A stretch of 32,000 nt of DNA, taken from Saprospiraceae bacterium (lineage in GTDB: Bacteria; Bacteroidota; Bacteroidia; Chitinophagales; Saprospiraceae). Under the pieces are notes generated by a model, which saw only the letters and a list, made by a program, of their open reading frames with translations, was not told where the DNA came from and did not search any database. Numbering within the stretch: the stretch's first letter is position 1; each line of letters starts with the position of its first letter. Position numbers and translations under genes: made by a program. The stretch covers positions 1,657 to 33,656 of the forward strand of contig DAOLFJ010000010.1 of the NCBI GenBank assembly GCA_035326365.1. Direction: 5' to 3'. Below, in pieces: positions 9,373-16,061 of the stretch.

Positions 9373-9777
9373 TTATTTGGTTTTGTATGTTAATGAATAT
9401 TTATTTATAGAAAAGTAAGCTATTAGGGTGAATACAAGTGTTATAGATATTCTGAATATTATAGCACTGATGGTTTTTGTCTCATACAATCCGCCTGAAC
9501 TGGCATGTATATTAAGGCCTATAAAAGCGGCTATCAGAATGAATGCAGAGAAGCTTAAAAGTGCAGCTGTCCAAATTTTATGTTTTACAAATCCATAAGC
9601 AGCAAAAAAGTAAAGCACGCTACTGATAAAATTGGACCAAACGACAAATAAAACATAATTGCCCTCCCGGGCTCTGATACCAAACAAATCAAATATGACC
9701 GATGAACTCAAAAACAAAGTAAGCAAGCCAAAACCGCCAAGGAGTGTTGCTATCGTGTATGGGATATATCTTTTCAT
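9373..9777 (-). CDS. four-helix integral membrane protein, unknown function
   Basis: 134 aa with four hydrophobic segments. ATG start, 1-2 nt gaps to both neighbours. Confidence 0.6.
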   Translation of the reverse strand: MKRYIPYTIATLLGGFGLLTLFLSSSVIFDLFGIRAREGNYVLFVVWSNFISSVLYFFAAYGFVKHKIWTAALLSFSAFILIAAFIGLNIHASSGGLYETKTISAIIFRISITLVFTLIAYFSINKYSLTYKTK

Positions 9778-9779
9778 TG

Positions 9780-10379
9780 CTATTTCGTTTTTATGAGTGA
9801 AAGCAGAGATTGTATCATATTATCTCCGTTTCTCGTGATATCAAATTGAAAATTGGCAACTCTCCATTTAAACATTTGCAAGCGAAAAGTCCCCATTACG
9901 ATATGTATTAACTCATCGGAGGTAATGACATTGGTAAATACTTTTTTTTGCTGCCCCTCCATGATAATAGGCATCAGGTGTTTCATTTTTACAGCCATTA
10001 TTTTTAAGATGGTTTCATTGATACGCTGGCTTTCTTCCATCAATCCATCAGAAAAAACTGCTACTACAAAGTGTGGGTTCATCTTAAAAAATGAAAACTG
10101 ACTTTGAAACATTTTGACAAATTTTTCTTCAGGACTCAGATTTTCAGTAATGGCTTGGGTATATCTTTCGTCCATATTTTCGGCCAGGTATTCCAGTAAG
10201 GCAATGATGATCTCCTCCTTGCTGGTAAAGTGTCTGTAAATAGCACTTTCAGAAAATTGCATTTCCTTAGCAAGGTTTTTTATGGTAAGTCCACTTATCC
10301 CTGAAGATGTTAAAATTTTTCCAGCTGCTTCTACAATATCGAGCTGCCTATCGGATATGCTGGTAGATGTGATGCCCAT
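9780..10379 (-). CDS. TetR/AcrR-family transcriptional regulator
   Basis: 199 aa with the N-terminal HTH LTIKNLAKEMQFSESAIYRHFTSKEEII. Confidence 0.85.
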   Translation of the reverse strand: MGITSTSISDRQLDIVEAAGKILTSSGISGLTIKNLAKEMQFSESAIYRHFTSKEEIIIALLEYLAENMDERYTQAITENLSPEEKFVKMFQSQFSFFKMNPHFVVAVFSDGLMEESQRINETILKIMAVKMKHLMPIIMEGQQKKVFTNVITSDELIHIVMGTFRLQMFKWRVANFQFDITRNGDNMIQSLLSLIKTK

Positions 10380-10383
10380 GATA

Positions 10384-10860
10384 CTATTTATTTAACAATG
10401 AAGAATACATCCAAATTTGTTTTTCCTGAAATCTTATATAATCACTCATTAATGCATTGGTCCCTTCATCATTTGCATCTGATGCTAAGTTTAAAATTTC
10501 TCTTTGCATTACAATGACGGTCTTGAACGATGATAGAATATTTTCCACGGCCACTAAACCATCTGCAACCATAGTGCTTTCTTTTATCATGGACTCCTTT
10601 GCATAATAGGAATATCTGTGCTCAGGCGTATGTCCCAAAGTCAATATTCGCTCTGCGATTTCATCTATTTTAAGCAACAAATCATTGTATAGTTCTTCAA
10701 ATTTCAAATGCAATTCGAAAAACTTTTCACCTTTAATGTTCCAATGAAATCCTCTTGTATTTTGATAAAAAATAGAGTAATTTGACAAAAGATCATTTAA
10801 CTTTTTGGCTAAATTTTCTGCTTTTGTTTGGTGTAAACCAATGGCATTTAATTCTTTCAT
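10384..10860 (-). CDS. dps: Dps-family DNA-protection / ferroxidase protein
   Basis: 158 aa. HWNIKGEKFFELHLKFEELY...DEIAERILTLGHTP is the Dps ferroxidase-centre region. Confidence 0.85.
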   Translation of the reverse strand: MKELNAIGLHQTKAENLAKKLNDLLSNYSIFYQNTRGFHWNIKGEKFFELHLKFEELYNDLLLKIDEIAERILTLGHTPEHRYSYYAKESMIKESTMVADGLVAVENILSSFKTVIVMQREILNLASDANDEGTNALMSDYIRFQEKQIWMYSSLLNK

Positions 10861-10872
10861 TTTATTAATATT

Positions 10873-11601
10873 TTATAATTCACCTCTTTCACCATTCAAC
10901 CATCTCATCATCATCACACGCTCTTGCGGAGTCTGCTTGAACGGTATATTTCCGGCTAGAAAATTTAAAAATCTATCCCATAAATTATCTTTTTTATTCG
11001 CTTCCTCCTCCATTTGCCTTAATGCTTCCAAATATTCTCTCTTATATTGTATGGCATCTTCCAGATCGAATGATGTAGGTATGTATTTTACTATTTCCTT
11101 GGTTAATTCATCAATTTCCTGATTATTAAAAGATTCATACATTTTGATTTTAATGTAGGCCCCTTGTGCTAATCCCTTAATAGAGTTAAGGTTAGATTGA
11201 ATGATTAACCACATATCCGACCACTCAGTACTGCTCATTTCCACAAAACAATTGTAATCATATTGCCTTATCCTGGCAAAAATTGAGTGTATGGTATCTG
11301 TATCTTTTATAAATGCTTCATACAATTGGCCACTGTTTTCGTGGCTATTCATCTCTATTAGATTTTTAAAAGATTTTAACTTGTCAGAAACAGCATCTTT
11401 CAATTCCATTAATTTATCAAAATCCAACTTAAATTTTTGCTTTCCTTGATCTGTAGCATATAGGCTTATAATGCTTTGGGCTTCGTCAAGCATCAATTTT
11501 GTTTGCTCTTGAGACGTAATTAACTGTTTCCAGTTGTTTTTTAACCCATCTGCTAGATGTCTAATCTTGATAAGGGTTTCTAAATTTTTATTCGTATTCA
11601 T
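10873..11601 (-). CDS. hypothetical cytoplasmic helical protein
   Basis: 242 aa with no signal peptide or TM segment and no motif I recognise. Coding is supported by length and tight packing in the operon. Confidence 0.55.
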   Translation of the reverse strand: MNTNKNLETLIKIRHLADGLKNNWKQLITSQEQTKLMLDEAQSIISLYATDQGKQKFKLDFDKLMELKDAVSDKLKSFKNLIEMNSHENSGQLYEAFIKDTDTIHSIFARIRQYDYNCFVEMSSTEWSDMWLIIQSNLNSIKGLAQGAYIKIKMYESFNNQEIDELTKEIVKYIPTSFDLEDAIQYKREYLEALRQMEEEANKKDNLWDRFLNFLAGNIPFKQTPQERVMMMRWLNGERGEL

Positions 11602-11619
11602 TTTTGTATTATTTATTGA

Positions 11620-12027
11620 TTATTTTATTGACTTCATTTTTAAAAACGCAATGCCTAACCAAACAACTGATGCAGTCATGGCAATCGCACCTATCAGCAC
11701 CAGTGCAGGGGGTAAACCAAAATACACTTCTGATAATATGCCAATAGGCATCAATAGACCAGTAAGGGCTAGCCATGAAATGGTTTTTACATTTTGGAGT
11801 TTGTCCTTAAAATGCAAAAGCAGATAACCCATCAGAATATTGAGAAAGGCAAAAAGGTTGCCATGAACATGAGCCAATCTGCTTTCAAAGTGTTTTCCGA
11901 TGCTATAAGAGTTTACCCATTCTTCTTTTCCAGGTGCAAAATCACGAAGGTATATCAGAAGAAAACCGTAAGCCATAAAGAAACCCATGGTGAGGAATCC
12001 GATTGCAATGTTATTTTTACCGTTCAT
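11620..12027 (-). CDS. four-TM membrane protein, unknown function (first gene of the ten-gene block)
   Basis: 135 aa from ATG 12027 (MNGKNNIAIGFLTMGFF...). The track ORF starts at a TTG at 12096 that coincides with the predicted -33 element, so the shorter form is preferred. Contains the His pair AHVHGNLF. Confidence 0.55.
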   Translation of the reverse strand: MNGKNNIAIGFLTMGFFMAYGFLLIYLRDFAPGKEEWVNSYSIGKHFESRLAHVHGNLFAFLNILMGYLLLHFKDKLQNVKTISWLALTGLLMPIGILSEVYFGLPPALVLIGAIAMTASVVWLGIAFLKMKSIK

Positions 12028-12048
12028 TATATTTGAATTAAAGTAAGT

Positions 12049-12064
12049 GAGTGAATGTTCACTC
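12049..12064. promoter_or_regulatory. perfect 7-2-7 palindrome GAGTGAA-TG-TTCACTC at the predicted transcription start of the ten-gene block
   Basis: Read directly from the sequence. It lies 3 nt downstream of the -7 box and 22-37 nt upstream of ATG 12027. A 2-nt loop is too short for an RNA hairpin, so a protein operator is more likely (TetR of the same operon is a candidate). Confidence 0.45.
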
Positions 12065-12066
12065 TG

Positions 12067-12096
12067 CAAAGGTAAGGGGGTTTTTAGATTTGTCAA
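12067..12096 (-). promoter_or_regulatory. Bacteroidota-type promoter (-33 TTG, 19-nt spacer, -7 TACCTTTG) for the minus-strand ten-gene block
   Basis: The minus strand reads cTTGacaaatctaaaaaccccctTACCTTTG, matching the TAnnTTTG -7 consensus exactly. Confidence 0.45.
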
Positions 12097-12197
12097 GAGA
12101 AAAAGTCAAAACATGACGAAGATCATATCCGATCTATTACCGCAATTACAAATATTTATCGCCAATTTTTCATAGTGATTATTACGCTTTATATTAT

Positions 12198-12215
12198 TTA
12201 TGATCATAGTCATAA
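12198..12215. promoter_or_regulatory. palindrome TTATGA-N6-TCATAA containing an FNR-spaced core ATGAT-CATA-GTCAT
   Basis: Located in the divergent intergenic region. Its centre is about 44 nt upstream of the start site predicted from the -7 box at 12236-12243. Confidence 0.35.
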
Positions 12216-12235
12216 TTGGGCTCAACTGAGCAAAT

Positions 12236-12243
12236 TACCTTTG
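12236..12243 (+). promoter_or_regulatory. -7 box TACCTTTG for the crp/fnr-family gene
   Basis: Exact TAnnTTTG match 46 nt upstream of ATG 12289, with a weak -33 (aTTG) 18 nt upstream. Confidence 0.4.
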
Positions 12244-12288
12244 TGCCATATTAATATATAAATCATTTATAAAGCAGTGTTGAAGTAA

Positions 12289-12912
12289 ATGATTATATTT
12301 GATCAAACAAATATTAATATGCACATTGATACTGATTTATTAATCGCTTATGGGGCAGTAGCTAGAAAATATGATAAAGGTGAATTTATCTTTTATGAAG
12401 GGGATCAATGCCGTTTTTATTACCAATTATTAGAAGGAACGGTTAAAATGTGCAATTATAATGATGAAGGAAGGATCTTTATACAAGGTTTATTTAACGC
12501 AGGTGATAGCTTTGGTGAGCCGCCCCTTTTTATCAATGAATTGTACCCCGCTTGTGCACAAGCTGATACAAATGCCATCATTTACAAACTTTCTAAAGAT
12601 ACCTTGATGAAACTTCTGTCGGATTACCCAATATTGCAGATGCAGTTTATTACCAATTTTGCTCACCGTCTGTTTGAAAAATCTTCTACTAATAAAAACA
12701 TTATCAGTCCTCATCCAGAAGATAGAATTATTGGATTTCTAAAGAAGTACAAAAAGGAAAAAAGTAACGGCATCGATAAAATAATCATCCCATATACTCG
12801 TCAACAAATATCTGATTTTCTAGGATTAAGGGTAGAAACAGTTATTAGGACAATTATAAAAATGAACGAAGAAGGAAAATTGGAAATAAGAAAACATAAA
12901 TTGTATTATTGA
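12289..12912 (+). CDS. Crp/Fnr-family transcriptional regulator (no Fe-S Cys cluster; Dnr/NnrR/HcpR-like class)
   Basis: 207 aa. cNMP-binding-type beta-roll (FYEGDQCRFYYQLLEGTVKM...GDSFGEPPLF) plus C-terminal HTH RQQISDFLGLRVETVIRTI, with an FNR-like V-E-T-x-x-R recognition helix. There is only one Cys in the N-terminal region. Confidence 0.85.
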   Translation: MIIFDQTNINMHIDTDLLIAYGAVARKYDKGEFIFYEGDQCRFYYQLLEGTVKMCNYNDEGRIFIQGLFNAGDSFGEPPLFINELYPACAQADTNAIIYKLSKDTLMKLLSDYPILQMQFITNFAHRLFEKSSTNKNIISPHPEDRIIGFLKKYKKEKSNGIDKIIIPYTRQQISDFLGLRVETVIRTIIKMNEEGKLEIRKHKLYY

Positions 12913-12913
12913 A

Positions 12914-14134
12914 ATGAATGTAATTAAAAATGATTTTTTTGTACGAATGTCATTAATCAATCTCACGTTAGTGGCTCTCATTGGTACTTTAATGAGGTAT
13001 AAGATTGGGTTTGAATTTCCATTTTTTAGCCAGAAATATCTGTTACATGCACACTCTCATTTCGCTTTTTCTGGATGGGTGACACATACATTATTCACAT
13101 TAATGGTATTAAGTTTAAATGATCAGATTAAAAAGCCTAAATTATTTAACAAAATCATCATAGCAAATTTAATTTGCGCATTCGGAATGTTGATTGCATT
13201 TATCATCCAAGGTTATGGTGGAATTTCTATCACTTTTTCCTCCCTTTCTGTTTTTATAGGGTATTTTTATGCCTATTATTTTTACCAAGAACTAAAATCA
13301 ATTCCTAGTCATCCATCCCATCAATGGTTTAAGGCGGCTTTAATCTTTAATGTCTTGTCGTCTCTGGGTACATTTTATCTAGCCTATATGATGGCTTCTA
13401 AGCACATTGATCAGCATGCTTACTTAGGCTCTGTTTACTTTTATTTACACTTTCAGTATAGTGGCTGGTTCTTTTTTGCCATAATGGGGCTCATTATTCA
13501 TAAGCTCCATGTCTTGCCATCTTTCCGTTACGATTCTAAACTGTTTTATGCTTTTTTTGTAGCTTGTATTCCAGCCTACTTTCTTTCTATTCTTTGGGCA
13601 GATTTGCCGTGGTATCTTTTTATATTTCCTATTGCCGCTGTTATATTGCAACTATATGGTTTAACACTATTCCTAAAAATGATTAAAAGACATCTTGGTG
13701 ATATTGTATTAAATTGGGCATTTGCCGTAAAGTGGCTATTGGGTTTGTCACTTGCCGCATTGATCATCAAATTATCATTACAAGCAGGGAGTATATTTCC
13801 TGAAGTAAGCAAAATGGCCTTTGGGTTTAGGTCTATCGTTATTGCTTATTTACATTTAGTTTTACTGGGATTTACGACGTTGTTTTTGTTGGGCTATATG
13901 CTTTTGGAAGGTCATATAGCACACCATAAAAAGGCAATAAATGCATTGGTCATTTTTAGTGTTGGTGTCTTTGGTAATGAATTTGCATTGATGGTACAAG
14001 GTGTAGCATCTTTTGGTTATATCTTGATTCCATGCATTAATGAAATTCTATTTGTAATCAGTCTTTTCATGCTTTTAAGTCTAATTGGGTTGGTTTGTTT
14101 TTACAGGAAAATACCAAGAAATGATGCTTTATGA
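12914..14134 (+). CDS. polytopic (about 12 TM) membrane protein with three spaced H-x4-G-W/F motifs; NnrS-like role is speculative
   Basis: 406 aa, starting 1 nt after the regulator's stop. Motifs are HAHSHFAFSGW (res 45-55), HFQYSGW (res 179-185) and HLVLLGF (res 314-320), spaced about 130-135 aa apart. Confidence 0.6.
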   Translation: MNVIKNDFFVRMSLINLTLVALIGTLMRYKIGFEFPFFSQKYLLHAHSHFAFSGWVTHTLFTLMVLSLNDQIKKPKLFNKIIIANLICAFGMLIAFIIQGYGGISITFSSLSVFIGYFYAYYFYQELKSIPSHPSHQWFKAALIFNVLSSLGTFYLAYMMASKHIDQHAYLGSVYFYLHFQYSGWFFFAIMGLIIHKLHVLPSFRYDSKLFYAFFVACIPAYFLSILWADLPWYLFIFPIAAVILQLYGLTLFLKMIKRHLGDIVLNWAFAVKWLLGLSLAALIIKLSLQAGSIFPEVSKMAFGFRSIVIAYLHLVLLGFTTLFLLGYMLLEGHIAHHKKAINALVIFSVGVFGNEFALMVQGVASFGYILIPCINEILFVISLFMLLSLIGLVCFYRKIPRNDAL

Positions 14135-14194
14135 CTACACTCATAAATTATTATTCTATTTGTCCACAACTTTGTATCATCAAAATTAAAAATC

Positions 14195-14764
14195 ATGACA
14201 CGTAATTTTCAAATCTTCTTAGTTTTAATTTTATTTGCATTTATTTCGTGCAAATCATCAAGCGCTGAATCAACTGCAACTGAATCAGCCAGTGCTAATG
14301 TCACAGCAGCAGCAGCAGACGGAGTAGGGCAATCAAATGTACAAGATAATGTCTCCAATCCCAATATTGTTCAAGTGGCTATTGGAAGCAAAGACCACAC
14401 AACCCTAGTTGCGGCAGTAAAAGCTGGGGGGTTAGTAGATGTGCTTTCTAATGCAGGTCCTTTTACTGTTTTTGCTCCGACTAATAATGCGTTTGAAAAA
14501 TTACCAGCAGGTACTGTAGATGGATTGCTAAAGCCAGAAAGTAAAGCAGATCTTGTCAATATTTTGGAATATCATACTTATGTGGGCGCACTCAAGCCAG
14601 AATACTTTCAGGATGGGCAATCTTATGAACAAGTCAATGGTAAGAAGGTAAATATCACAATGAAAGACAGTAAGACATTTGTGAATGGTAGCGAAATCGT
14701 GGCATCCATTAGTACTTCTAATGGATGGATTCATGTCATTGGAGATGTCTTATTGCCTCAATAA
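14195..14764 (+). CDS. fasciclin (FAS1) domain lipoprotein
   Basis: 189 aa. Lipobox FISC, Ala/Ser-rich linker, then FAS1 motifs TLVAAVKAGGL, FTVFAPTNNAFEKLP and GWIHVIGDVLLP. Confidence 0.85.
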   Translation: MTRNFQIFLVLILFAFISCKSSSAESTATESASANVTAAAADGVGQSNVQDNVSNPNIVQVAIGSKDHTTLVAAVKAGGLVDVLSNAGPFTVFAPTNNAFEKLPAGTVDGLLKPESKADLVNILEYHTYVGALKPEYFQDGQSYEQVNGKKVNITMKDSKTFVNGSEIVASISTSNGWIHVIGDVLLPQ

Positions 14765-14806
14765 TAAGGTACTTTTCATTTTTTTATACTGTAGGATTCT
14801 GTAAAC

Positions 14807-14839
14807 AAAGCCTTGGATCATTTTGTGATTCGAGGCTTT
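14807..14839 (+). terminator. intrinsic terminator after the fasciclin gene
   Basis: AAAGCCTTGGATCA-TTTTG-TGATTCGAGGCTTT forms a 14-bp stem (two G-U pairs) that runs into TTTT. Confidence 0.6.
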
Positions 14840-14858
14840 TCAATCTTACGTGATGTAT

Positions 14859-14872
14859 ATGATTTATATCAC
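14859..14872. promoter_or_regulatory. FNR-spaced box ATGAT-TTAT-ATCAC inside a larger inverted repeat CGTGAT-N13-ATCACG (14849-14873)
   Basis: Same TATGAT-N4-RTCA pattern as 12199-12213. It lies about 35-55 nt upstream of the -7 box at 14907-14914. Confidence 0.3.
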
Positions 14873-14906
14873 GATTGAGAACTTAATAATTATGACAGAA
14901 TATAGT

Positions 14907-14914
14907 TATTTTTG
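14907..14914 (+). promoter_or_regulatory. -7 box TATTTTTG for the HMA-domain gene
   Basis: Exact TAnnTTTG match 61 nt upstream of ATG 14975. Confidence 0.35.
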
Positions 14915-14974
14915 TGTTTTAGTCATTAGTAATTAATTATTGAATATCATTTTTGAATAGGTAAAAATAAACAA

Positions 14975-15304
14975 ATGAAACATTTTCTTTATATATTATC
15001 ATTATTAGTTTGTAGCTTCAATTCATCACTTGCTACACCCAAGAGTACAAATACTATTATAAAATTTGCATACCAAAACAACATCCGATCCATTGAAATT
15101 ATAATTGGTGGGATGAGTTGTCAAAAAGGGTGTGCCGATGGCATTGACAAAAAATTGAAAACTATATCAGGTATTCTTAAAAGTAAAACAAATATCAAAA
15201 CAGGTATTTGCAAAGTATCTTATGATGATCAAAAAATTGAAATAGAAGATATTATAGAAATCATTGTAGAAAAAGGGTACACGGCAAAACTCAAATCTAG
15301 CTAA
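14975..15304 (+). CDS. secreted heavy-metal-associated (HMA) domain protein, copper-chaperone-like
   Basis: 109 aa. Signal peptide MKHFLYILSLLVCSFNSSLA. Contains GMSCQKGC (GMxCxxC) within a ferredoxin-like approximately 70-aa domain. Confidence 0.8.
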   Translation: MKHFLYILSLLVCSFNSSLATPKSTNTIIKFAYQNNIRSIEIIIGGMSCQKGCADGIDKKLKTISGILKSKTNIKTGICKVSYDDQKIEIEDIIEIIVEKGYTAKLKSS

Positions 15305-15393
15305 ACTTTAGCCTTCAAAAATCATATTCCTTAACCATTGTCTATAGCTTAAATTTAATGCTAAATAAATTTAAAATTGGTCAATAATATTAG

Positions 15394-15415
15394 TGGATAT
15401 ATTTGTCCATTATTA
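15394..15415 (+). promoter_or_regulatory. 22-nt box TGGATATATTTGTCCATTATTA (copy A), palindromic core TGGA-N8-TCCA
   Basis: Identical to the minus-strand sequence at 24438-24417, in the same orientation relative to the downstream genes. It overlaps the -33 TTTG of the predicted promoter. Confidence 0.6.
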
Positions 15416-15433
15416 TATTTATACATATCTTTG
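15402..15433 (+). promoter_or_regulatory. Bacteroidota-type promoter (-33 TTTG, 20-nt spacer, -7 TATCTTTG) for the 15476-19750 operon
   Basis: TTTG at 15402-15405 and TATCTTTG at 15426-15433 (an exact TAnnTTTG match), 43 nt upstream of ATG 15476. Confidence 0.45.
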
Positions 15434-15475
15434 GGCTTAATATTTATTTGATAAAGTATGTATAAAATATAATAT

Positions 15476-16015
15476 ATGAAACGTTGGTCGATGTTGATAT
15501 TGTTTTTCATATTGGTATCATATGGTGTTAATAGCCAAGATACTATACGAACAGAACTAAAGGTGATTTCAAAATTTGCTGGATATCACGTCGGTGTAGT
15601 ACAGATTTTATTTGCCCGCAATAATGGAGAGACCGTTTTTTTTAATAGAACGAGTATTTATTCTGTGGGATTTCCATTTGGTCTTACTTTTAACACATCT
15701 GGTAAAATTAAGATAGATCTAGAGATTGTGCCATTTATAAATCCATATATATATTCTGACAAAGCTTATGAAGTTCATTTATTATACCATCCTGGGATAC
15801 TTTATCCTTTAAGTAATGGATGGACACTCGGTCTGAGGACAGCATTTGAAATAGGGCAGGGCCAGTTTGGGTTTACACCATTAATTAATAAATCTTTTAA
15901 AAGAGATAAAGGTTCTATATTCTTTTTTGAAATTGTAGCCCCTGGTCGCTTTGGTCCTGAAAAAACATCTGGTTATACCCAGTTAGGAGGAATTCATATT
16001 GGTTTTTGTATTTAA
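15476..16015 (+). CDS. secreted small beta-rich protein, possible outer-membrane beta-barrel, unknown function
   Basis: 179 aa. Signal peptide MKRWSMLILFFILVSYGVNSQ, alternating hydrophobic pattern, aromatic/Gly-rich C-terminus. No family recognised. Confidence 0.55.
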   Translation: MKRWSMLILFFILVSYGVNSQDTIRTELKVISKFAGYHVGVVQILFARNNGETVFFNRTSIYSVGFPFGLTFNTSGKIKIDLEIVPFINPYIYSDKAYEVHLLYHPGILYPLSNGWTLGLRTAFEIGQGQFGFTPLINKSFKRDKGSIFFFEIVAPGRFGPEKTSGYTQLGGIHIGFCI

Positions 16016-16061
16016 AATATAAATTTTTATTAATCATTTTCAAACATTAAATTATTATACA

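Noticed and set aside
9154-12036. Plus-strand ORFs 9154-9393, 9853-10101, 10805-11122, 11534-11827 and 11794-12036
   Set aside because: They are antisense to well-supported minus-strand genes of the ten-gene block.
12028-12096. Long N-terminal extensions given by the ORF track (starts at 12096, 19923, 24429, 25179, 25564 and 29318)
   Set aside because: Five of these starts are TTG codons (checked in the sequence), and the sixth (19923) adds a hydrophobic junk peptide. In each case a downstream ATG gives a sensible N-terminus (signal peptide, lipobox or HTH). Two of the TTGs fall inside predicted promoter or operator elements.
12289-12912. The Crp/Fnr protein as an oxygen-sensing FNR proper
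   Set aside because: It has no N-terminal Cys cluster (only one Cys in the first ~60 residues), so it cannot ligate a 4Fe-4S cluster like FNR. It is classed as a Dnr/NnrR/HcpR-like effector-domain type.
12490-14734. Minus-strand ORFs 12490-12714, 13445-13651, 13576-13812, 14371-14559 and 14528-14734
   Set aside because: They are antisense to the Crp/Fnr, 12-TM and fasciclin genes.
15394-15415. The 22-nt box as an NrdR box, since it precedes nrdDG
   Set aside because: The central TATAT resembles the NrdR palindrome, but the flanks (TGGA/TCCA versus ACAC/GTGT as I recall the consensus) do not. NrdR boxes normally come in tandem pairs. The second copy precedes non-nrd genes (PAP2, qNor).
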